The notes: generated by a model not told the origin, from the letters alone. Shown: positions 40,335 to 50,896, counted from the stretch's first letter. The stretch: 64,000 nucleotides of DNA from Dehalococcoidia bacterium (GCA_965215975.1 OZ244136.1:1252412-1316411), one strand, 5' to 3'. Made by a program: numbers and translations.

Positions 40335-40505
40335 ATGGCTCGAAAGTCAGCGGATGTTCGCGGTGTAATTACACTCCAGTGCGGCGACTGCCGGGAGCGC
40401 AACTACGCCACGGCCAAGAACCGGCGGAACGATACCCAGCGGTTGGAGCTACGTAAGTACTGCTCCCGCTGCCGGGGCCACAAGACGCACCGGGAAGTAA
40501 GGTAA
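40335..40505 (+). CDS. rpmG: 50S ribosomal protein L33 (Zn type; not in the ORF track)
   Basis: [56 protein letters not shown]. Confidence 0.95.
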   Translation: MARKSADVRGVITLQCGDCRERNYATAKNRRNDTQRLELRKYCSRCRGHKTHREVR

Positions 40506-40511
40506 AAAGCG

Positions 40512-40772
40512 ATGGCTCGGGCAGGCGCTCAGCAACGCAACCAGTCTCCCATATCGCCCCGCAGCGTGGGTCGGGTCAGCCCGATTCTGTTCCTGCAGGA
40601 CGTAATATCGGAGCTGCGAAAAGCGGTATGGCCCAGCAAGGAAGAGACGGCACGTCTCACCGCCATAGTTATTGCCTTGTCGGTGGTCGTCGGGTTCTTC
40701 CTGGGAGGCCTCGACAGGGTGTTTGCTGAGCTGTTTAACCGAGGTATATTTGCCATTTTCCAGGTGTTTTAG
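40512..40772 (+). CDS. secE: Preprotein translocase SecE
   Basis: ELRKAVWPSKEETARLT plus TM; synteny. Confidence 0.93.
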   Translation: MARAGAQQRNQSPISPRSVGRVSPILFLQDVISELRKAVWPSKEETARLTAIVIALSVVVGFFLGGLDRVFAELFNRGIFAIFQVF

Positions 40773-40957
40773 TAATCCCCAGAGGCGGAGGCGGGAGTTG
40801 TTCCGGTCGCCTTCTTTCGGGTGAATACTGCTTATCACATGCAAGCCCGCCGCGGTGGCGGGCTTGTAGATTCAATGGCGGAACTCCCCGACAGTAACCT
40901 GACGGGAACTCCGCGGGATACAGAGTGGGCCCCAGTTTGAATTAAGCGTGAGGGCTG

Positions 40958-41542
40958 ATGACCACTGAAAGAGATAGCCTGATAGAAGCGGAAGAGATCC
41001 AGGAGTTTCGCTGGTATATCGTCCATACCTACTCGGGCCAGGAAGACAGGGTCAAGAAGAATCTGGATTTGCGGATCCAGAGTCTCGATATGCAAGACCG
41101 GATTTTCCAGGTCGTCGTGCCCACCGAGGAAGAGGTCGTCTTCAAGGACGGCAAGCGGAAGTCTGAACAACGCAAACTTTTCCCAGGGTACATTCTCGTC
41201 CAGATGAACATGGACGACGAGAGTTGGTACGTGGTACGCAACACGCCGGGAGTAACTGGGTTCATATCCAGTGAGGACGATTACGACAAGCGTCCCAAGC
41301 CGGTTCCCCTGGAAGATTCCCAATTGGACTCCATTTTGAAACAATCGGAAGAGGGTCCGGTCCGTATCAAGATTGGCCTGGAAAACGGCGATACGGTACG
41401 CATTACGGAAGGCCCATTTATCGACTTTGTGGGCGCCGTTGGCGACGTGGACGAGAGTAAAGGCAAAGTCAGGGTGCTGGTCTCCTTCTTCGGACGGGAA
41501 ACACCCGTAGAGTTGGACTTTCTGCAGGTTGAACGCGCATAG
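40958..41542 (+). CDS. nusG: Transcription factor NusG
   Basis: WYIVHTYSGQE, FPGYILV, VRNTPGVTGF, FFGRETPVEL. Confidence 0.97.
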   Translation: MTTERDSLIEAEEIQEFRWYIVHTYSGQEDRVKKNLDLRIQSLDMQDRIFQVVVPTEEEVVFKDGKRKSEQRKLFPGYILVQMNMDDESWYVVRNTPGVTGFISSEDDYDKRPKPVPLEDSQLDSILKQSEEGPVRIKIGLENGDTVRITEGPFIDFVGAVGDVDESKGKVRVLVSFFGRETPVELDFLQVERA

Positions 41543-41557
41543 GCTTAGGAGGACCCG

Positions 41558-41986
41558 GTGGCAAAAAAGGTCAGAGCAGTTATTAAGTTGCAATTGGAAG
41601 CGGGGAAGGCAACGCCCGCGCCGCCAGTGGGCCCAGCCCTGGGTCAGCACGGCGTCAACATCATGGGCTTCGTAAAGGAGTACAACGAGCGGACTTCTCC
41701 CCAAGCCGGCACCATTGTTCCGGTGCACTTGACGGTTTATGAAGACCGTTCCTTTACCTTCGTGACCCGTACTCCACCGGCGTCGGACTTGCTAAGGCGA
41801 GCCGCCGGCGTGGATAAGGGCGCCAGTGACCCGCGACAGATAACGGCAGGCACGATAAGCCGTGACTCCCTGCGGGAAATCGCTGAAACCAAGTTAAAAG
41901 ACCTCAATGCCGCATCGGTAGAACAGGCTATGTCCATCATCGAGGGCACTGCCCGCAGCATGGGCATCAGCGTGGAAGGGGATTAG
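41558..41986 (+). CDS. rplK: 50S ribosomal protein L11
   Basis: [22 protein letters not shown]. Confidence 0.98.
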   Translation: MAKKVRAVIKLQLEAGKATPAPPVGPALGQHGVNIMGFVKEYNERTSPQAGTIVPVHLTVYEDRSFTFVTRTPPASDLLRRAAGVDKGASDPRQITAGTISRDSLREIAETKLKDLNAASVEQAMSIIEGTARSMGISVEGD

Positions 41987-41992
41987 TAAATC

Positions 41993-42706
41993 ATGCCCAA
42001 ACACAGTAGAAGATACGACGCCGTGGCCGAACGAATTGAGCCGGACAAGCTCTACCAGCCGGAAGAGGCCATTGATCTGCTCAAAGAACTGGCCAATACC
42101 AAGTTCGACGAGACCATGGAAATCCACATCCGTACTGGCGCCGACCCACGCCATGCCGACCAGATGGTGCGGGAAGTCGCCGTGCTGCCCCACGGCTTGG
42201 GAAAGCAGATTCGGGTGCTGGTTTTTACCAGCGGCGAAGGGGCGGACATTGCACGCCAGGCTGGAGCTGATTATGTGGGTGACGATGACCTGATTGCCCA
42301 GATCGAAGGGGGTTGGGTTGACTTTGAAGTCGGACTGGCCACGCCGGAGATTATGCCCAAGATAGGCAAGCTGGGCAGAGTTCTGGGTCGCCGGGGCCTG
42401 ATGCCCAACCCCAGGACGGGTACCATGGTCCAGCCCCGGGATTTGGGGCGGGTGATCGAAGAGTCCAAGGGCGGCCGCGTGGAGTACCGAACAGACCGGA
42501 CGGCCATCATTCACTGCTCTTTCGGGAAGGCCAGTTTCGACACAGGGCTGCTGCTGGAAAACTTGGCAGTGCTAATAGATTCAATAGTCAGAGCCCGACC
42601 GGCCGCGGTCAAGGGCGTGTTCCTGCGCTCCGCTTATATTACGTCGTCCATGGGACCCAGCATTCCCCTGGAGTTAAGCGCGCTGCAGGCCCTCAGGCCG
42701 GATTAG
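41993..42706 (+). CDS. rplA: 50S ribosomal protein L1
   Basis: KFDETME, LPHGLGK, LGRRGLMPNPRTGT, SSMGPSI. Confidence 0.98.
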   Translation: MPKHSRRYDAVAERIEPDKLYQPEEAIDLLKELANTKFDETMEIHIRTGADPRHADQMVREVAVLPHGLGKQIRVLVFTSGEGADIARQAGADYVGDDDLIAQIEGGWVDFEVGLATPEIMPKIGKLGRVLGRRGLMPNPRTGTMVQPRDLGRVIEESKGGRVEYRTDRTAIIHCSFGKASFDTGLLLENLAVLIDSIVRARPAAVKGVFLRSAYITSSMGPSIPLELSALQALRPD

Positions 42707-42804
42707 CGCCCAGGCCAGACAGTGACATTCTGCAGGTGGCTTTATTCGCCGACAGGAAGTATAATGGCCACAGCACACTGTCAGATAAACATACAATAAA
42801 CCTT

Positions 42805-42945
42805 AACGCTGTAGACCGCCGGTCTCCCACTGGGAGCTAAGGGTTCGTTGAAGCGGACCGCCTGCCGAGGCGCAAATTACCGGTCTGTTCATTAGCAATT
42901 GCCGGTTCCCTGCGTCTCAACTGCAGACGTGGGGAATTGTTTTGA
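42805..42945 (+). promoter_or_regulatory. L10 leader autoregulatory RNA
   Basis: GTAGACCGCCGG...TAA...CCTGCCGAGG hallmark upstream of rplJ. Confidence 0.7.
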
Positions 42946-42957
42946 GGAGGTAAGCAT

Positions 42958-43488
42958 TTGCCAACAGACGCCAAAATAGAGCGTGTCGCGGACATAAAGG
43001 ACAAGTTGGAACGCTGTTCCATAGCCCTAACCACCGGTTATTCGGGTATTCCCGTCAATGATATGACCGATTTGCGGCGCCGGATGCGGGATGCCGGAGT
43101 AGAGTTCGTTGTAGTCAAGAATACGCTGGCCAACCTGGCCGCCGAGGAAGCCAACGTGCCCCAATTCAGCGAGATAATTGAGGGACCCACGGCAATAGCC
43201 TTCGGCTACGACGACCCGGTGGACACCGCTCGCGCAGTGAATGATTACATTCGGGCAACCAGGTCCCCCCTGGCAATCCTTGGTGCAATCATGGGGCCCG
43301 GACCCGTCCTGCAACGCACCGAGGTGGAACGGTTGGCGACTTTGCCGTCCAAGCCCCAATTGATAGCGAACCTGCTGGGACAAATGCAGGCGCCCTTATC
43401 CAGGTTGCTGGGTGTCCTCAATGGGCCCCTGCAGAATCTGGACGGTCTGCTTCAAGCACGAATTCGCCAGTTGGAAGAGAGTGCATAG
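42958..43488 (+). CDS. rplJ: 50S ribosomal protein L10
   Basis: VVVKNTL, EGPTAIAF, LATLPSK; TTG start after GAGGAGG. Confidence 0.96.
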   Translation: MPTDAKIERVADIKDKLERCSIALTTGYSGIPVNDMTDLRRRMRDAGVEFVVVKNTLANLAAEEANVPQFSEIIEGPTAIAFGYDDPVDTARAVNDYIRATRSPLAILGAIMGPGPVLQRTEVERLATLPSKPQLIANLLGQMQAPLSRLLGVLNGPLQNLDGLLQARIRQLEESA

Positions 43489-43613
43489 CATAGTAAAGTC
43501 ACCGAAAAGGGCGCAGCAAACAAAAATACTGCAGCCGATCCAGGGGAATTGAGTTCCCCAGCTAAAATGGACCAACAAGACAGACCAACAAGAGCTATAA
43601 CAGAGGAGGCCCC

Positions 43614-43997
43614 ATGGCAACTAAAGAAGAACTGATGGAAACTATCAAGAGTATGAGCGTTCTGGAACTGGCCGACCTGGTAAAGGCGCTGGAGGATGAG
43701 TTTGGAATCTCCGCCGCCGCGCCCGTGGCCGTTGCCGTTGCGCCCGCCGGCGGTGATGCCGGTTCCGCCGTCGTTGAGGATGAGCAAACCGAGTTCGACG
43801 TCAGCCTGCAGGAAATCGGCCCCAACAAGATTAACGTCATTAAGGCCGTCCGCGAGATCACTTCCCTGGGCCTGCGGGAAGCCAAGGAACTGGTGGAGTC
43901 CGCTCCTGCCCGCGTCAAGGAAGCCATAGCCAAGGACGAAGCCGATGGCATCAAGGCCAAGCTGGAAGAGGCCGGAGCCGTCGCCGAGGTTAAGTAG
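43614..43997 (+). CDS. rplL: 50S ribosomal protein L7/L12
   Basis: [46 protein letters not shown]. Confidence 0.98.
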   Translation: MATKEELMETIKSMSVLELADLVKALEDEFGISAAAPVAVAVAPAGGDAGSAVVEDEQTEFDVSLQEIGPNKINVIKAVREITSLGLREAKELVESAPARVKEAIAKDEADGIKAKLEEAGAVAEVK

Positions 43998-44073
43998 GCT
44001 TCGCCTTTCCGGTTAATCCCAAGCTAAAACAGAACAGTCCAGTTCGGCCCGGGCCGCCGCCAGGGAGGGTGCC

Positions 44074-44295
44074 ATGAGCCGTCGCAAAGACCGGGAAAGA
44101 TTCCAACGGATAAAGGAGCAAAACCCTGACTACACGGGGTTTCGGGGCGCAGATACGGTTGTTGAAGAGTCCGCTCCGCCACCGGTGCTGGAATCGATAG
44201 TTTGCTCGGTCTGCCAGCGGCGGCGGAATGTGCCCGTAGATACCCTGCCGGAGGACCGGGCCGAATACGTGTGCCTCAGGTGCCAGGATGGTTAG
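44074..44295 (+). CDS. Small CxxC...CxxC zinc-binding hypothetical protein
   Basis: CSVC...CLRC; GGAGG RBS. Confidence 0.7.
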   Translation: MSRRKDRERFQRIKEQNPDYTGFRGADTVVEESAPPPVLESIVCSVCQRRRNVPVDTLPEDRAEYVCLRCQDG

Positions 44296-44436
44296 CAGTC
44301 GAAGCGTTAGTGCATCGCATAACTACTGACAGTTGGGGTAGGACCTCAACACACATTGACGGGTAGAATGCTCTCATAGCTATTGCAAGGGGCCGCGCGG
44401 TCCTGAAGCAGTTTTGAAAGAGGGTGAGCCCGAGCA

Positions 44437-44841
44437 ATGCCGGACTATCATGATGATCCCAGGGAAAGCATATGGAGCATCCGCCAGCTTTCCCTTATCC
44501 GGTACTACGTAGCTTTCGCAGCCCTGTTTGCACTCTTCACAGGACTGTACCAGTGGAGGGGATTCGCGACCGCGGTGCCGGGTGCACCCTTCGTAGACAC
44601 CCTGCTAGCCGCACTCAAGGAAGCGTCCGGATTAACTCCCTGGCTTATAATATTCACATACTATCTGGTGGAGGGCTTGACCGTGCTTGCTGAAAGGTAT
44701 TTGAGGTCACGGTACGCAAAGGGACGCGTAGATGAGCGGCAACAATGGATTGCCTGGAACCAGCGTCGCGAAGAAGCCATGAGAGAAGGCAGAGAGTTTA
44801 CCGAGCCGCCGCCGGCCTCAGACGGAGACAAAGCAAAATAG
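44437..44841 (+). CDS. Hypothetical two-TM protein
   Basis: Two hydrophobic segments; C-terminal WIAWNQRREEAMREGREFTEPPP. Confidence 0.65.
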   Translation: MPDYHDDPRESIWSIRQLSLIRYYVAFAALFALFTGLYQWRGFATAVPGAPFVDTLLAALKEASGLTPWLIIFTYYLVEGLTVLAERYLRSRYAKGRVDERQQWIAWNQRREEAMREGREFTEPPPASDGDKAK

Positions 44842-44979
44842 TTTCCGGTCAGCGGCAACAGCTAACAGCCCCGATGACCCGCTGTCTAATATCACAGGTC
44901 CATCACCGTGCTTGTTGAATTGCATGATATCCAAGCACCCAAAGAGCCGCGACGCTGGTTGGCACGAAGGCTTTTAAGG

Positions 44980-45137
44980 AGGCTGGAAGGACGGCTTTAT
45001 CGAAGGTTATCGGGTAGGGAGAGAGGAAGGGCGTCAGCCGCCGGCTGGCCTGGAACCAACGTCGTGATGAAGCTCTGAGAGAGGGGAGAGAATTTACCGA
45101 GCCGCCGCCTGGTGAAACCCAGGCAGCTGGTCATTAG
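44980..45137 (+). pseudogene. Degenerate paralogous C-terminus of the 44437-44841 protein
   Basis: GWKDGFIEGYRVGREEGRQ then, after a frameshift, LAWNQRRDEALREGREFTEPPPG. Confidence 0.6.
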
Positions 45138-45219
45138 GCTTTTTGATCGTTCCCCTTTCCACTCCAGTCGATTACTTCCCCAGGTTCTTTTCCGACGTGG
45201 ACGTGAGAGCCCGCAATTA

Positions 45220-45543
45220 TCAGACCACCGCCATATCCTCAATAGAGAAGAAGGGCTTGTTCCAGTCGGGGTCGGATTTACCCGTCAGCTTTCGGGTGTG
45301 CAGGCGGCAGGCACGGATCCAAAGTTGCAGGATATTGTTGTTGATGATGGCCTGGGGCAGTCGGCGACGGTACTTTAGAAGAATCCACTGGGAATGACCG
45401 GTGGCCAGGAACTCCTCCATAAAGGGGGTTGGCTCCGCATCAGCGGCGCAGGCCTCCAGAATTTCGTCGGGTGCCTCGGCGCACAGCATCTCAGGATTCT
45501 CCGCCGCAAGGTCGATGTAGTATTCTTCCCGCTCCCTATCCAT
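45220..45543 (-). CDS. Hypothetical protein
   Basis: 107-aa ORF with RBS and host codon usage. Confidence 0.7.
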   Translation of the reverse strand: MDREREEYYIDLAAENPEMLCAEAPDEILEACAADAEPTPFMEEFLATGHSQWILLKYRRRLPQAIINNNILQLWIRACRLHTRKLTGKSDPDWNKPFFSIEDMAVV

Positions 45544-46060
45544 CGATCGTTATCCCCTTCCTCTTAATAATAACCAACCGCACCCACAGTCTTATGGCAC
45601 GTAACATCGCTTGAATCGCCTTTGGCATCTGGCGCATACATTGGAAGGCATTTGCCGTAAGATTTGCCATTCTTTTTTAGGGGCCACCGACTAAGTGGAT
45701 ACCTAAGAAACCTCTGGATAAGTTATCGACATTGTAGCGACAGCCGACAGCCCTCAGGGGAGCTTAGGGGCATCAGCTGTAGTGACAGCCGCATTCCCCC
45801 TGACCTTCCCCCGTCGCAGGGGAAAGGTACCTGTTCAGAAGGTTCCTGGATTCCGGCCTGCGCCGGAATGACGTAGGGAAACTCTTTCTGCGACCCGAGG
45901 TCCTGCCACCGCAGGAACGACGCAACGCCCCAAATTCAGATACGCACGCCTTAGCCGGAGCTTGCCCGTCTATTGCAGCTGCCAAGTCAAAGGGGCGGGT
46001 TTGAAGCCGCCCCTCAATTGACTAACCACTTGCTCTGCCTGAGTAAACCGTTGGCAGGTG

Positions 46061-47131
46061 TTACAGGTTCATCTGGGGAACCATGTAGCCACTGACCTTG
46101 TTGTAGACCTGAATCCGGCTGCGCTGGCTGTCCACCACCATTAGCCGACCCTTTGACGCGTCGTAGAGCAGACCGGTGGGGAGGGCAAACCGCCATTCAG
46201 ATTCCAGGTTCTGAATATTTACTTCCCGGCGGCGCTTCACGTAGTCAGCGTTGGCGTCCACCGTCTGCTTGGCCCACGCGGAAAGCTCCTGGGCGTCGCC
46301 AATCAGGGTGATAATAAAGGTGCCCTCGGCGTCGTAGATGTGGACACGGCCCGGGTGCTGCCCGTTGTCGCTCCAGTCAGCGATGTAGACATCACCTTCC
46401 GGGTCAACTGCAACGCTGGTGGGAAGGTGAAGTTGTCCCCGACCGGTTCCGGGGCTGCCGAACTGGGCCATCCACCTACCGTCGGCAGTGAACTTCTGGA
46501 CGCGGTGGTTACGATGGTCGGCCACGTAAATGTTGCCGGCCTGGTCGATGGTGAGGCCCCAGGGGGAGTTGAACTGGCCGTTGCCGGAGCCAAGACCACC
46601 CCAGGAAGTTGTAAACTTGCCATCGCTGGTAAATTTGCGGACTTCGTGGCTGCGACCGTCGGACACGTAGATGTTGTCGTCAGCATCTATGGCGATGTTG
46701 GCAGTGCCGTGCTCACCGTCGTCGTCGTTTTCCAGGGTGCTCCAGCGGTTCAGGAAATTGCCGTCCTTGTCATAGACGGTGATCAGGTTGAGCCATTCGT
46801 CGGACACGTAGATCCGGCCCTGGCTGTCGATGGCGATGCCGGATCCCCAGATGAACTCCCCGTTGCCGTCGCCGTACTTGGCGAACTCGCCGAGGAATTC
46901 TTCCTGGCCCCATTCGGAGCCTACCGTAATTTGTGAAACCCGAGCGCCATAGCCGATGCGGTTCCAGGCGACATTACTGATACCCTCGCTGCCGCGGTTG
47001 ACCACGTAAACGAGTTCGCCAGGGCCCTGGGCGACGGCGACAGGCTGGCTGAAGCCCATGCCAGACTGGGCGCCCCGGCCCACTGAATGGCTATAGTCGT
47101 AAGTGCGCCCGGCTGCTACTTGCGTAAGCAT
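46061..47131 (-). CDS. NHL-repeat beta-propeller protein
   Basis: Repeated GQFNSPWGLTIDQAGNIYVADHRNHRVQKFT. Confidence 0.9.
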   Translation of the reverse strand: MLTQVAAGRTYDYSHSVGRGAQSGMGFSQPVAVAQGPGELVYVVNRGSEGISNVAWNRIGYGARVSQITVGSEWGQEEFLGEFAKYGDGNGEFIWGSGIAIDSQGRIYVSDEWLNLITVYDKDGNFLNRWSTLENDDDGEHGTANIAIDADDNIYVSDGRSHEVRKFTSDGKFTTSWGGLGSGNGQFNSPWGLTIDQAGNIYVADHRNHRVQKFTADGRWMAQFGSPGTGRGQLHLPTSVAVDPEGDVYIADWSDNGQHPGRVHIYDAEGTFIITLIGDAQELSAWAKQTVDANADYVKRRREVNIQNLESEWRFALPTGLLYDASKGRLMVVDSQRSRIQVYNKVSGYMVPQMNL

Positions 47132-47209
47132 TGTGCACTCTCCCATTTATTTGTTGCGGCACGTCTGCCCGAATATAAAAACATATCGGCAGACGGCTTC
47201 CAGTTATAG

Positions 47210-47569
47210 TTAAATCGGTCGGGCCCGCAGTTCCCTGGGAACTAACTCGCCCGCTGTTGGGTCCACCATGAGACCAAAAATCTCCAAGGTAGTGGCGCCC
47301 AGCAGGTATTGGTCATCCGGCCCGAATATGACAGGACAGGGCCATTCTATATCTTCGATTTTGATGCGGGCTGTACCAATCTCATACTCGACTTCACTGT
47401 TGTCGGCAAGGGCGTATTTTCTGGTTTCTATGGGTGTAACGCCAAGCTGGTGAAGCAAGGATGAGGGCATCATTGAGTTAAAAGCACCAGTGTCAACCAA
47501 AGCCCACACAGGGGTCACAGACCCGCCATAGTGACGGCCTATGCCTATTTCCACCATGAATATGCCCAT
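47210..47569 (-). CDS. Retropepsin-like (clan AA) aspartyl protease
   Basis: ALVDTGA...YLLGATTLEIFGLMVDP. Confidence 0.85.
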   Translation of the reverse strand: MGIFMVEIGIGRHYGGSVTPVWALVDTGAFNSMMPSSLLHQLGVTPIETRKYALADNSEVEYEIGTARIKIEDIEWPCPVIFGPDDQYLLGATTLEIFGLMVDPTAGELVPRELRARPI

Positions 47570-47742
47570 ATCAGACGGCACCCGATCCAGCTTTACCGTC
47601 ATCATTGCGGACACCTCTCATTAAGGAGAACTGTTCTCCTGGCGCTGCTGTTTCCAACAAAACCACTGGATTAAACCGCGTCGGGGCACAGTTCAATGTG
47701 CCCGAGGCAGTATTCCATAATGCAACTATCAGACTCCCCGAC

Positions 47743-48870
47743 CTAGATGAAAGCTGGCTTTTCGAATACGCCGCCGACCAGCGGTTGCGCATCCAGACCC
47801 ATCCAGTCTTCCGCGATGGTGGTGTAGATGCTGCGGAAGTCCAGGCTGGGTACCAGGTCGCCCTGCTCCAGATGTTCGGGGCGCAGGGACGGATATTCGC
47901 CGTACTCGCCGCCCTTGATGGGGTCGCCAACCATGAAGGCAACGCCGCCGGCACCGTGGTCGGTACCGGAGCCATTGTCATGGACTCGGCGGCCGAACTC
48001 AGTGAACATCAGCATGATTACATTGTCCGCGGCGTCGTTCTCCCGCAGGTCGTCGAAGAAGCTCTCCACCGCCTGGGAAACATCGGTCCACAGCTTGTCG
48101 TGCATGCCTACCTGGTTGGAGTGGCTGTCGAAGCTGCCGTGGTCGCAATAGAAGACGCGGGTGCCCAGGTTAGCCTGGTGCACCTGGGAGATGCCCTTCA
48201 GCTTGCCTGCTATGGTCGTGTCCGGATACTCGACGCTGGAGGAGTAAATCTCGGGGGCGACCTTCAGGATGTCGGCAGCCTTCATGGAGTCGAGACCTGT
48301 CTGGCCCAGGTAGTCCATTACGGCGCCGGTGCCGATAGTCGGGGAGTAGAGGCGGGTGAAGCGGTCAAGAATCTTGTCCCGCTGTTCGGCCTCGTTGATG
48401 CCGGTCAGCAGACCAAAGGAGTTAATGTCGTCCACGCAGGCAACCGGCACGGTGGGCAGGGCCAGGGCGCGGGGGAGGCTGGGGCCGAAGCTGACGGCGG
48501 TTACGACGTTCTCCTTGTTGGGGTCGATTACCTTGGTGGCGCGTCCCAGCCAGCCCTCGGTTCCCAGCTTGTCCGGCTCACAGGTGTGCCAAATGTCCAT
48601 GGAGCGGAAGTGGGAGCGCGGGGAGTTGGCATAGCCCACGCCGTGGATAATGGCGACCTTGCCCTGGTCGTACATGTTCTTCAAGGGTCCCATGGTGGGG
48701 TGCATGCCGACCTTGTCGTTGAGCTTCAGAATCCGCTCATCGGCCACGCCCACTGCGGGACGGTTGTCGCGATAGAGGGAGTCGGTATAGGGAATGACCG
48801 TGTTCAGGTAGTCATTGCCGCCGGTAAGCTGCAGAACCACCAGCACGGGGTCTTTCTTGGTAGTGGCCAT
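47743..48870 (-). CDS. DUF1501 protein
   Basis: VVLQLTGGNDYLNTVIPY, RSHFRSMDIW, FDSHSNQ, TEFGRR, GTDHG. Confidence 0.9.
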   Translation of the reverse strand: MATTKKDPVLVVLQLTGGNDYLNTVIPYTDSLYRDNRPAVGVADERILKLNDKVGMHPTMGPLKNMYDQGKVAIIHGVGYANSPRSHFRSMDIWHTCEPDKLGTEGWLGRATKVIDPNKENVVTAVSFGPSLPRALALPTVPVACVDDINSFGLLTGINEAEQRDKILDRFTRLYSPTIGTGAVMDYLGQTGLDSMKAADILKVAPEIYSSSVEYPDTTIAGKLKGISQVHQANLGTRVFYCDHGSFDSHSNQVGMHDKLWTDVSQAVESFFDDLRENDAADNVIMLMFTEFGRRVHDNGSGTDHGAGGVAFMVGDPIKGGEYGEYPSLRPEHLEQGDLVPSLDFRSIYTTIAEDWMGLDAQPLVGGVFEKPAFI

Positions 48871-48967
48871 TGCCATTTCCTCCTGGAAAATTCTCGTTTC
48901 TCGTCTTGGCGGGGAATCATGAGCGGCTCTCATCCGGCCATGATTCCCTCATAGGCAATTCTTGATT

Positions 48968-50359
48968 TTAGGCGTACTGGTAGTCCCGCATGGAGACTAT
49001 CAGCTGCAACAACTCTGAAACCCGCTGGGTGGACTCGGCCGCGTTGCTCCAGGTCAGGTTGCCGCCGGGGACGGCGTGGTCCAGCAGTTCCTGGCGGGAC
49101 TCGGCGTTGACTTCCAGAGGGCCCATCAGGTCAAGGCAGGTGTCCACGAACTGCTCCGGGGTGACATCGCCCTGGGTGCGCAGCCGGCTAATCATGGACT
49201 GGATGCCGGGGCGGGACACATCACCGACCATGTCGGCGGTGAAGTTAATGCGGCGCATCAGGGAGCCGCTGTTAATCCACTCGGCGCCGGTGTGCCAACC
49301 CTCCACGCTGGGGGGATTGAGCAGGTCCTGGCCCATGTAGTTGGGCTGGCGGGAAAGATCGCCAATGCCGGGGGCCGGGAACTGGGAACCACCGACCAGC
49401 TTCAGGGTTCCAACCACTACCTCGGCCGGGCTCTTGAGCTTGGCGAAGCGGGCGTTCTTGAAGAAGTCGGAATTGAACAGGACCTTCAGAGTGGCGCGAA
49501 TATCGTAGCCGGACTCGATGAAAGCGTCGGTCAGGGCGTCGACAGCGTCCTCGTCCACGGGAGGAGTCACGGCCCAGGCGGGAACCTGTGCCTCGTCGGC
49601 CACGAAGAAGTTGTAAAGGTGGCGGGCGATGAAGCCGGCGGTGGCCGGGTGCTGGCAGACGATTTCGATGATGTCGTCACCGTTGAAGTTGCCGGTCTCG
49701 CCCAGGAAGGTCTTTTCGCCGCCGTCGTGGTCTTCCGGCCGATACGCGAAGCGCCAGTCGTGGCGGCCCAGGGGACCGCGGGGGAGCTTGGCCTCGAAGG
49801 TCCAGCCGGTGAAGGCGCGGGAGCACTCGCGGACGTCAACCTCGGTGTAGTTGCCGACGCCCATGCTGAAGAGTTCCAGAAGCTCGCGGCCCCAGTTCTC
49901 GTTGACCGCATCGGCGTGGTTGTCGTTGTTGTCCAGCCAGTAGATCATGGCCGGGTTCTTCGCGATGGCGAGGAGCAGCTCCTTGTAGTTGCCCATGCCA
50001 TTTTCGCGGAACAGGGTGATCATGTTCTGGATTTCGTCGTAGTGATCAACCTTGGAAACGCCGGTGGCGAAGACCTGGTGCCAGAAGAGGGACATCTTCT
50101 CTTCCAGGGGCCGTCGGGTGTTGATCATGAACCAGAGCCATTCGGCAGCGCCCATGCCGGGCAGGGTGCCGGGACGCCAGGTCCAGGGCTGGTAGCGCAT
50201 CATTTCGAAGCGGTCCAGGGGCTCTTCGCTGGGGTTAAGCAGTTCGTCCACCACGGCATCGTAACCCTTCTCGCAGAGAGCTTCGAGCTCGTCGCGGGTG
50301 GCGCCAAAACCGGCGCGGCGCATAAGGTGGGCCATCAAGGCTATATCTTGACTCGCCAT
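48968..50359 (-). CDS. DUF1800 protein
   Basis: HLMRRAGFG, EKMSLFWH, NENWGRELLELFSMG, PPSVEGW. Confidence 0.9.
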   Translation of the reverse strand: MASQDIALMAHLMRRAGFGATRDELEALCEKGYDAVVDELLNPSEEPLDRFEMMRYQPWTWRPGTLPGMGAAEWLWFMINTRRPLEEKMSLFWHQVFATGVSKVDHYDEIQNMITLFRENGMGNYKELLLAIAKNPAMIYWLDNNDNHADAVNENWGRELLELFSMGVGNYTEVDVRECSRAFTGWTFEAKLPRGPLGRHDWRFAYRPEDHDGGEKTFLGETGNFNGDDIIEIVCQHPATAGFIARHLYNFFVADEAQVPAWAVTPPVDEDAVDALTDAFIESGYDIRATLKVLFNSDFFKNARFAKLKSPAEVVVGTLKLVGGSQFPAPGIGDLSRQPNYMGQDLLNPPSVEGWHTGAEWINSGSLMRRINFTADMVGDVSRPGIQSMISRLRTQGDVTPEQFVDTCLDLMGPLEVNAESRQELLDHAVPGGNLTWSNAAESTQRVSELLQLIVSMRDYQYA

Positions 50360-50506
50360 TGCCTATCCTCCTCCATGGAATTCTTCAATAACCATTGTAG
50401 CTTGCGAATGATTATAGTTGGGAGAATTATCGGTTATGGAGGGTTTGGTGTCAATTGGAAGCTAGCTGGGGATGTTTGCAAAACGCCCTCAAATTGGCTG
50501 ACGCTT

Positions 50507-50896
50507 CTACTTGCGTTGGCCTACGTAATCTGAGACTCCGAAGGTACCTTCGGGGGGCTCAATGTGGCCTTGGTAAAATGTTCCTGCGAATAAGGGTTTT
50601 TCTTTGAGGTGCACATTGGCTACCGCTAGCGTGAGCGTTGAGGTGGCAATAAATGACATCCAAAGGTTACATTGGGAAAATCTGCTGTCGGGATATAGCG
50701 TCCATACGTGGCCACATTCAGATGCTATTTTCTTTAATTCATTGATCTTCTTCTCCTTTCTTCTATCCTGCATCCAAGTGTTAATGTCGAAGGTCAAACT
50801 TATTTTGATACCAATTACCCCTACCACAGCTGTAGCAAAATAGACGACTATTTTCCACCAAGGGACCAACAAGGTCTCCAGAATCGAGGATTCCAT
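50507..50896 (-). CDS. Low-GC hypothetical membrane protein
   Basis: N-terminal TM followed by CGHVW...SQC segment. Confidence 0.55.
   Translation of the reverse strand: MESSILETLLVPWWKIVVYFATAVVGVIGIKISLTFDINTWMQDRRKEKKINELKKIASECGHVWTLYPDSRFSQCNLWMSFIATSTLTLAVANVHLKEKPLFAGTFYQGHIEPPEGTFGVSDYVGQRK

Noticed and set aside
43997..44300. Missing rpoB after rplL as a rearrangement
   Set aside because: Consistent with the arrangement I recall for Dehalococcoidia; no breakpoint signature
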